This document shows positions 58,435 to 64,000 of a stretch of 64,000 nt of DNA, in pieces. The DNA is from Spirochaetia bacterium (GTDB taxonomy: Bacteria; Spirochaetota; Spirochaetia; UBA9216). The stretch covers positions 1,024,001-1,088,000 of the forward strand of contig CAXXYH010000004.1 of the NCBI GenBank assembly GCA_963677925.2, in the 5' to 3' direction. A program made the translations under genes and the position numbers. The stretch's first letter is position 1. Each line of letters begins with the position of its first letter. The notes below the pieces were generated by a model that searched no databases, had not been told where the DNA came from, and was given only the letters and a program-made list of their open reading frames with translations.

Positions 58435-59760
58435 CTATCTGTTGAATTCTTCATGCTCATCAACAATCCCGATAAATACCGGTTTTCCGCTTACTCCGCT
58501 CAGGTTCTCGATTGCAGCTACAGCCTTCCGCATACTTCCCTCACTGGTGTCGTGAGTTGTGATTACCAGAGGTACTTCCTTGCTTTTCGGTGAGGCAGGC
58601 TCCTTCTGAAGTGCCGATGCAATACTGATGTCGTGATCAGCAAGTATTGTGGCCAGTCTGCCAAGCATTCCGGGTTCATCTTCAATCATTGCTCTTAAAT
58701 AATATCTGCTTTCGAATTCCTCTACCGGAAGCTGAACGGCCGGTTCGGTCTGATCGGGCCAGATCCCCAGACTGTTGAACTGAAGCTGAGTGATGCCGAG
58801 TGCGGCTGATATAACATCAGCAACTACAGCAGAAGCCGTAGGTGAACCGCCGGCTCCGCGTCCGTAGTACATGGTATGCCCTACATTGCTTCCGTAAACG
58901 CTTACCGCGTTGAAGGGGCCTGATACCCATGCCAGCGGATGTTCCTTTGAAATAAAGGCGGGACTGATTCTGAGGCTTAAGCCATTGTCTTTTCTCTGAG
59001 CAATAGCAAGAAGTTTGACGATATAGCCCAGTTCCTGGCCGTATTTAACATCCTGAAGGTCCAGTGTATCGATTCCGTGTACCGAAATTTTACTGTAGTC
59101 GATGCTCTTTCCGAATGAAAGTGCCGACATGATTGCAAGCTTGTGAGATGAGTCTCCGCCGGTTACGTCGAGGGTCGGATCGGCTTCTGCAAGTCCGTCT
59201 CTCTGAGCATCGGCAAGAGCGTCGGCATAGCTCTGACCCTTCTGGATCATCTCTGTAAGTATGTAGTTGCATGTACCGTTAACAATACCGTAGAAGGCGT
59301 CGATTCTGTTTGCAAGAAGGCCGTCCATCAAGGCCCTGATAATGGGGATTCCCCCTCCGCATGATGCTTCAAAGCCTATTGCTGCGTTGTTTTCTCTTGC
59401 GACAGCCATCAGCTCCTGACCGTGAAGGGCAAGAAGAGCCTTGTTTGCAGTTACTACGGTTCTTCCGGTTTTGAGAATTTTCTCGGTCATGTCTTTTGCT
59501 ATTGTAGTTCCGCCGATGAGTTCCACACAGATTTTGACTTCCTCATCAGCAAGAACCTTATTTATGTCTGATTCAAAAAGAGCAGAGTCCAGACCCATTT
59601 CTTCGGCCCTGCTGAAATTGACATCAACGATATATTTCAAAAATAGTTCTTTTCCGGTTTTCTTGGTAAGGAGTTCACTGTCTTTAACAAGTAGATTTGC
59701 TGTTGCGCCGCCCACAACTCCGCAGCCTATGACGGCTACACCGATTCTTTCCGCGTTCAT
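58435..59760 (-). CDS. hom: Homoserine dehydrogenase with C-terminal ACT domain
   Basis: GCGVVG, TANKALL, EASCGGGIP, GIVNGTCNYIL, AEADPTLD and GRGAG motifs, plus ACT (YYLR...DEPGML). Confidence 0.96.
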   Translation of the reverse strand: MNAERIGVAVIGCGVVGGATANLLVKDSELLTKKTGKELFLKYIVDVNFSRAEEMGLDSALFESDINKVLADEEVKICVELIGGTTIAKDMTEKILKTGRTVVTANKALLALHGQELMAVARENNAAIGFEASCGGGIPIIRALMDGLLANRIDAFYGIVNGTCNYILTEMIQKGQSYADALADAQRDGLAEADPTLDVTGGDSSHKLAIMSALSFGKSIDYSKISVHGIDTLDLQDVKYGQELGYIVKLLAIAQRKDNGLSLRISPAFISKEHPLAWVSGPFNAVSVYGSNVGHTMYYGRGAGGSPTASAVVADVISAALGITQLQFNSLGIWPDQTEPAVQLPVEEFESRYYLRAMIEDEPGMLGRLATILADHDISIASALQKEPASPKSKEVPLVITTHDTSEGSMRKAVAAIENLSGVSGKPVFIGIVDEHEEFNR

Positions 59761-59828
59761 TATATACTCCCTGAATGCTTGTAAAAAGGCAAAGATAGAT
59801 GAGCCGATCCTATATTGAAGCAATGAAA

Positions 59829-61343
59829 TTAGTCAAGTAGCCCCGGGCTGAGAGCCTGTTCAAGGAAGTTTTCAACCAGCCTTCTGTCTGCTTCCGGCAC
59901 CTCTGCTATCTCTTTGCCACTGAAAGTTTTGAGTCTTCTCTCTCTGAAAATTTCTTTCACAAGCAGACGGTCCTGTCCGCTGATTTTCTCCTTCCGTGTT
60001 CCGGGAATTTGTGCTGTAAGAGTTTTAATCATATTTGACAGTCTTGCGAGTCTGAACGCGGTTATCAGTCCGGCTGTGGAGAGTGAGCCGTTCCAGGGCC
60101 AGGCGGAACTGCCGGCGCAGAGAAAGGGTTTGTGTTTACTGAAGGTTTCAGGATTTTCAAAACCCGGCAGGCCGGGAACGGGGTAGAACATGCTTATTCC
60201 TGTTAGGGCGGGCATGTCATGAAGAGCCAGCAGGTTTAAAGCGGTGGAATCTATAGTCTCATTTTTCATTCCGCAGATAAAGTAAACAGTGGATAGGATG
60301 TCCCGGGCCTGCAGAACTTCTGCTATTTCCTTCAGTCTCCCGGGAGTAGACGGCCTGTTCTGGGAATCCAGCATTACAGAATCTGATGAAGCCATTGAAA
60401 GGTTGAAGCTTCTGAAACCGAGATCTGTCAGCTGTTCTGCCAGTCCGGGACTCAGAAGGTTATATTCAAGCCCGTTCTCGGCGGTGAATACAGCACCAGG
60501 ATACTTTCTCCCAAGCAGTTCCAGCAGATCCAGGAAGTAGCCAGTGTCGGCAAGAAGATTGTCGTCCTCAAAATTGAAATGAAGCGGACCCTGCAGTCTT
60601 AAGGAGTTCAACAGGTTTTCAACTGCCGGAACAGGCAGTTTTCTGAACTCGCGTCCATGTACCAGGAAGTTTGAGCAGAAACTGCAGCGGTTGGGACAGC
60701 CTCTGCTTACGGAAAGCGTTACCCTGGTTATGCCCTGTTTACCCCGCCCTTCGTTCACTGCTGCTGCGGGAACAAAGGGCTGTAATGCCTTCGCTTCACA
60801 GGACCTGCCGGAAGCTCCGGCTTCATACCTTAAAAAATCGCCGAGTACGTTTTCGGCCTCACCGCATAGAACATGGTCTATATGGGGGCAGTCTCTGAAG
60901 TATGAGGGATTAACTGTTGCCCCTGCTCCGCCTGCAATTATCATGGTCTCTGGTGAAAACTTTTTAACTGCTTCGGCAAGCCTGGCCGCTGATTCGGCAT
61001 ATGCCCAGGCGAAGCATGATATGAAAAGAAAGGCGGCGCCGGAAGATTTTATCATTGCTGCACATTCATGAAAGTCGGGACCGAAACGCTGGTATTTTGT
61101 GAAAAATGACAGCGGGCCTGTTTCGTTATCAATGATATGAGGTTTTAAATGGTTTAATTCATCAGGCAGGGACTGTCTGCTGCCCCGTTTTCTGAGTGCC
61201 GGGAAATTAAAAAGCTCCGTCTCAAAACCGTACTGTTCAAGTATTGTTTTAACTGTCCGGGCGCCCAGGGCAGAGGCCCTCGAGGGTGTGAAATAAAAAT
61301 CGAATACCGGGGGGACAGCTACTGCTGCAGTAGGCTGCCGCAA
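59829..61343 (-). CDS. Cobalamin-binding (class B-like) radical SAM protein
   Basis: B12-binding-like region (IAGGAGAT...GEAE), SRGCPNRCSFC and FEDDNL motifs. Confidence 0.85.
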   Translation of the reverse strand: MRQPTAAVAVPPVFDFYFTPSRASALGARTVKTILEQYGFETELFNFPALRKRGSRQSLPDELNHLKPHIIDNETGPLSFFTKYQRFGPDFHECAAMIKSSGAAFLFISCFAWAYAESAARLAEAVKKFSPETMIIAGGAGATVNPSYFRDCPHIDHVLCGEAENVLGDFLRYEAGASGRSCEAKALQPFVPAAAVNEGRGKQGITRVTLSVSRGCPNRCSFCSNFLVHGREFRKLPVPAVENLLNSLRLQGPLHFNFEDDNLLADTGYFLDLLELLGRKYPGAVFTAENGLEYNLLSPGLAEQLTDLGFRSFNLSMASSDSVMLDSQNRPSTPGRLKEIAEVLQARDILSTVYFICGMKNETIDSTALNLLALHDMPALTGISMFYPVPGLPGFENPETFSKHKPFLCAGSSAWPWNGSLSTAGLITAFRLARLSNMIKTLTAQIPGTRKEKISGQDRLLVKEIFRERRLKTFSGKEIAEVPEADRRLVENFLEQALSPGLLD

Positions 61344-61819
61344 GCTTTCTCGACCTCTTCAAGCAGTCTTGTATAAACATGTTCAACGCATGCTTTTATG
61401 ATTTCCTCACGGTTTCCCGGGAAAACAACCCGTTCTGTCGTCAGCTGATCCCTGAACATGAAACCTATGTCGACAGTACCGACCGGTTTTTCGGCAGTAC
61501 CCCCGTCGGGTCCTGCAACGCCGGAGACTGCAGCGTAGATATCAGCCTTGATCTGGGCTGATAAGCCTTTTAGCATTTCGGTCACTGTCTGTGAGGATAC
61601 TGCCCCGAATTCATCAAGGGTACTCTGCTGAACGCCCAGAACCGAGCGTTTTACCTCATTTGAATAGGCCGTTACTCCGCCGCGCAGAACCGCGGAAGCC
61701 CCCGGGTACTGCACAAGTTCAGATGTGAGATTGCCGGCTGTAATAGATTCGGCAAAGGCCGCTGAGATACCGGCACTGCGTGCGGTTTCAAGGAATTTAA
61801 GTGACACCGGTTTATTCAT
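61319..61819 (-). CDS. pncC: CinA C-terminal domain / NMN deamidase (PncC)
   Basis: AESITAG, PGAS, YSN..K, GAVS and SGVAGPDGG..EKPVGTV motifs. TGATG coupling to the upstream gene. Confidence 0.88.
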   Translation of the reverse strand: MNKPVSLKFLETARSAGISAAFAESITAGNLTSELVQYPGASAVLRGGVTAYSNEVKRSVLGVQQSTLDEFGAVSSQTVTEMLKGLSAQIKADIYAAVSGVAGPDGGTAEKPVGTVDIGFMFRDQLTTERVVFPGNREEIIKACVEHVYTRLLEEVEKACGSLLQQ

Positions 61820-63063
61820 CAGTTTTTCTTCTCCTGCAGCAGCCATGTTCTGAGCCGGTCAGAAACAGCCGGCATCCGGGGTGTTTCTGATATCTGATCC
61901 ATAAGCCAGGGAATGAATACCCCATCTCTTATTTCATCCCAGTCAGCCGGAAGAGAAGCCGGTACGCGGAGGTATTCTGAAGGGGGAATCAGACCTATCA
62001 GCCTTGTATAATATTCCGGAATAACCTTTTCGTTTATTTCGCTTATGGTAGAGAGCCCGTCGCATATACCGAAAACCCTTAGTCTTTTAAACTGAGCTGA
62101 TTCAAGCAGGGTTCTCTGCGTGTCGGCCGAGAGCATCCAGACCAGAAAAGCCTCGGCGGTTTTCTTTTTGGATGATTCTTTAGGAATTCCAATATAGTTT
62201 ATATCATCACAGACCGGTATGAACCCGTCGCCGCCGAACCATTTAAACTCAAGGCTTGTACGCTCTTCAGCAGGAATGCTCAGAAAATCACGAAGTGTTG
62301 TGAAAGAAAAGCCTATGCGTTCGGCATTGAGCAGTTTATATCCGGGATCATAGCAGTAGGTAAGGGTGAAATCTGTTTCCTCGGCGTATCCGGAATTGAG
62401 ATTCTCGGTCCAGTCCCGGCAGAACTCCGCAGAGGCTGTAAGATTATCGTTGTTCCAGATAGTGGAGCCGTCTGCAGTTTCCCCATAGGAGGTGCCCTGG
62501 ATTACCGAGTTGTAGTATATGAAGTCCTCAGACCAGGATGGAACAAATCCTTTTACCCTGAATCTGTCGGTGGATTTTGAATTGAAATCTCCGGCAATAC
62601 TTTTCATCTGTTCGGGGGTTATTATCAGTGCAGAGTCTCCTGTATCAACAGCTCCCTGACGATACATCACTGCCGGAAGATTGAAGGATACAGGCAGAAC
62701 ATAGGGTTCACCCTCTCTTGTGCCTGTTGCATACAGAGGCTGGTATAGTGTCGAGGGATCAAAAAGCTCTTTTTCAATCAGCTTTGTAAGCGGGTTGAAT
62801 GCTGTTATTACAGTGTTTGATGCCAGATTCCGGGAAATCACTATATCAGGAGCATTCTGTGAATTCAGGGTTCTGCTGTCCCAGGGCTGTTCCGAGTATA
62901 CAAGTTCAATCCTGTATTCTGACTGGGATGCATTGAAGATCTCCACATAGGCAGCAACTTCCGGTCGGTCGGTGCTTAGAATGGCTGTCTTGTTGTCTAT
63001 CAGAAAACAGCCGGTAAGCATCATTACGTTGAGTGTTAAAAAAGCAAATATGAGTCTTTTCAT
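61819..63063 (-). CDS. Lipoprotein with an extracellular solute-binding-protein-like fold (orphan)
   Basis: Lipobox LTGC. PDIV, LPVSFNLPAVMY and AEAFLVWMLS..Q motifs. No permease or ATPase adjacent. Confidence 0.65.
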   Translation of the reverse strand: MKRLIFAFLTLNVMMLTGCFLIDNKTAILSTDRPEVAAYVEIFNASQSEYRIELVYSEQPWDSRTLNSQNAPDIVISRNLASNTVITAFNPLTKLIEKELFDPSTLYQPLYATGTREGEPYVLPVSFNLPAVMYRQGAVDTGDSALIITPEQMKSIAGDFNSKSTDRFRVKGFVPSWSEDFIYYNSVIQGTSYGETADGSTIWNNDNLTASAEFCRDWTENLNSGYAEETDFTLTYCYDPGYKLLNAERIGFSFTTLRDFLSIPAEERTSLEFKWFGGDGFIPVCDDINYIGIPKESSKKKTAEAFLVWMLSADTQRTLLESAQFKRLRVFGICDGLSTISEINEKVIPEYYTRLIGLIPPSEYLRVPASLPADWDEIRDGVFIPWLMDQISETPRMPAVSDRLRTWLLQEKKN

Positions 63064-63129
63064 CTGCCGCTAAATTTAAGCGTATGCAGCAGGGTTGTCA
63101 ATCCCGCCGCATTAGGTGGATAATAGGCT

Positions 63130-64000
63130 GTGAACAGAAATCTATTCTACAGCTACAGTGCATATCTTAAAAAACGCTACGGTGTTCCGGCTTTCAGGGT
63201 AGGTGTTGACGCCGGTTTTTCATGCCCCAACAGAGACGGAGGCAGGCAGTCTCCCGGATGCAGCTACTGTGATGCCTTCGGTGCCAGAGCCATGTATCAG
63301 CGCACCCGGGAAGCCTTTGAGGATGCGCCGCTTACCGACTTATTCGCCGATATCGCCGTGCAGACTGAAAAAGCTACTGCCTTTCTTAAAAAACGATATC
63401 GGGCAGAGATCTTTCTTCTGTATTTTCAGGCTTTTTCGGGAACATACGCCCCGGTAGAGCGGCTTAAGGAGATTTATGATTACAGCCTCTCTCTTAATGA
63501 TTACAGGGAACTGATAGTTTCAACCCGCCCCGACTGTGTTGATGAGGATGTTGCAGATTTACTTGCCTCCTACCGTGATAAGGGGCTTGATGTATGGGTC
63601 GAGCTTGGCCTGCAGTCGGCACATGATAAAACGCTGGAAAGAATTAACCGCGGACATTCGGTAGTGGACTTTGAAAAAGCTTTCAGGCTTCTACGCTCAA
63701 GGGGCATCAAGATTGCAGTTCATCTTATTTTCGGACTTCCCGGAGAGTCCGAAGAGGATATTTTTGCCAGCTGTGACTATACGGCCTCGATTCATCCGGA
63801 AGGTGTGAAATTTCATAATCTTCATATCCCGGTCAACAGTCCTCTCTACCGTGAGTTTCAAAAAGGAGAGGTCGATGCACCTGATACCGCCATGCATCTG
63901 GAATACACAATCGGTGCAATTGAACGCATGCCGCCGGAAACAATGATAATGAGACTGACCTGCGACAGCAGCAGCAGTCAGCTGGCAGCTCCAATTGGTT
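63130..64000 (+). CDS. TIGR01212/YhcC-family radical SAM protein, 3'-truncated (absent from the ORF track)
   Basis: GTG 63130 opens MNRNLFYSYSAYLKKRYG...VDAGFSCPNRDG...GCSYC...YFQAFS...STRPDC...VELGLQSAHD...INRGH. The frame stays open to the window end. Confidence 0.92.
   Translation, partial: MNRNLFYSYSAYLKKRYGVPAFRVGVDAGFSCPNRDGGRQSPGCSYCDAFGARAMYQRTREAFEDAPLTDLFADIAVQTEKATAFLKKRYRAEIFLLYFQAFSGTYAPVERLKEIYDYSLSLNDYRELIVSTRPDCVDEDVADLLASYRDKGLDVWVELGLQSAHDKTLERINRGHSVVDFEKAFRLLRSRGIKIAVHLIFGLPGESEEDIFASCDYTASIHPEGVKFHNLHIPVNSPLYREFQKGEVDAPDTAMHLEYTIGAIERMPPETMIMRLTCDSSSSQLAAPIG

Noticed and set aside
1-64000. tRNA, rRNA, IS/transposase, integrase, prophage or defence genes
   Set aside because: None were recognised in the ORFs or in the short intergenic gaps. 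Small ncRNAs cannot be excluded without a covariance search.

Overview
Bacterial chromosomal window, most likely from a free-living anaerobic spirochaete (Spirochaetales-style signal peptides such as 'AGAVFAGGQQD', spirochaetal lipoboxes, conserved spirochaete hypotheticals); this taxonomic call is inference. About 58 CDS. I saw no rRNA, tRNA, CRISPR array, transposase, integrase or phage genes. Left part (1-13.3 kb): 5'-truncated GH65 phosphorylase, a divergent NDK-like protein, hsp20 with a sigma54 promoter and paired enhancer-like boxes, an RhlB-like helicase, an FGGY kinase resembling animal GK5, a B6 salvage kinase/phosphatase pair and glmS. Next comes an accessory block (13.3-19.1 kb: decayed sugar O-acetyltransferase, exported CMD-cupin fusion and hydrolase, two-component system). 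The centrepiece is a ~21.7 kb cyclitol (inositol) catabolic island (19.3-41 kb). It has iolB/D/E/H, two iolG, seven xylose-isomerase-like TIM barrels in total, an ABC importer, three repressors and two URO-D/MtaA-family proteins embedded among the iol genes, but no iolC/J/A. This looks like an undescribed route for modified (possibly O-methylated) cyclitols. Right part: Fe-ADH, two paralogous membrane diguanylate cyclases flanking an MggS-like glycosyltransferase, HisKA_2 kinase and response regulator, LemA/DUF2207, eda, rpiB, AraC/DMT, vWA protein, hom, a B12 radical SAM, cinA/pncC and a 3'-truncated TIGR01212 radical SAM missed by the ORF track. Many stand-alone genes appear leaderless. All family assignments come from motif recognition by eye, not database searches.
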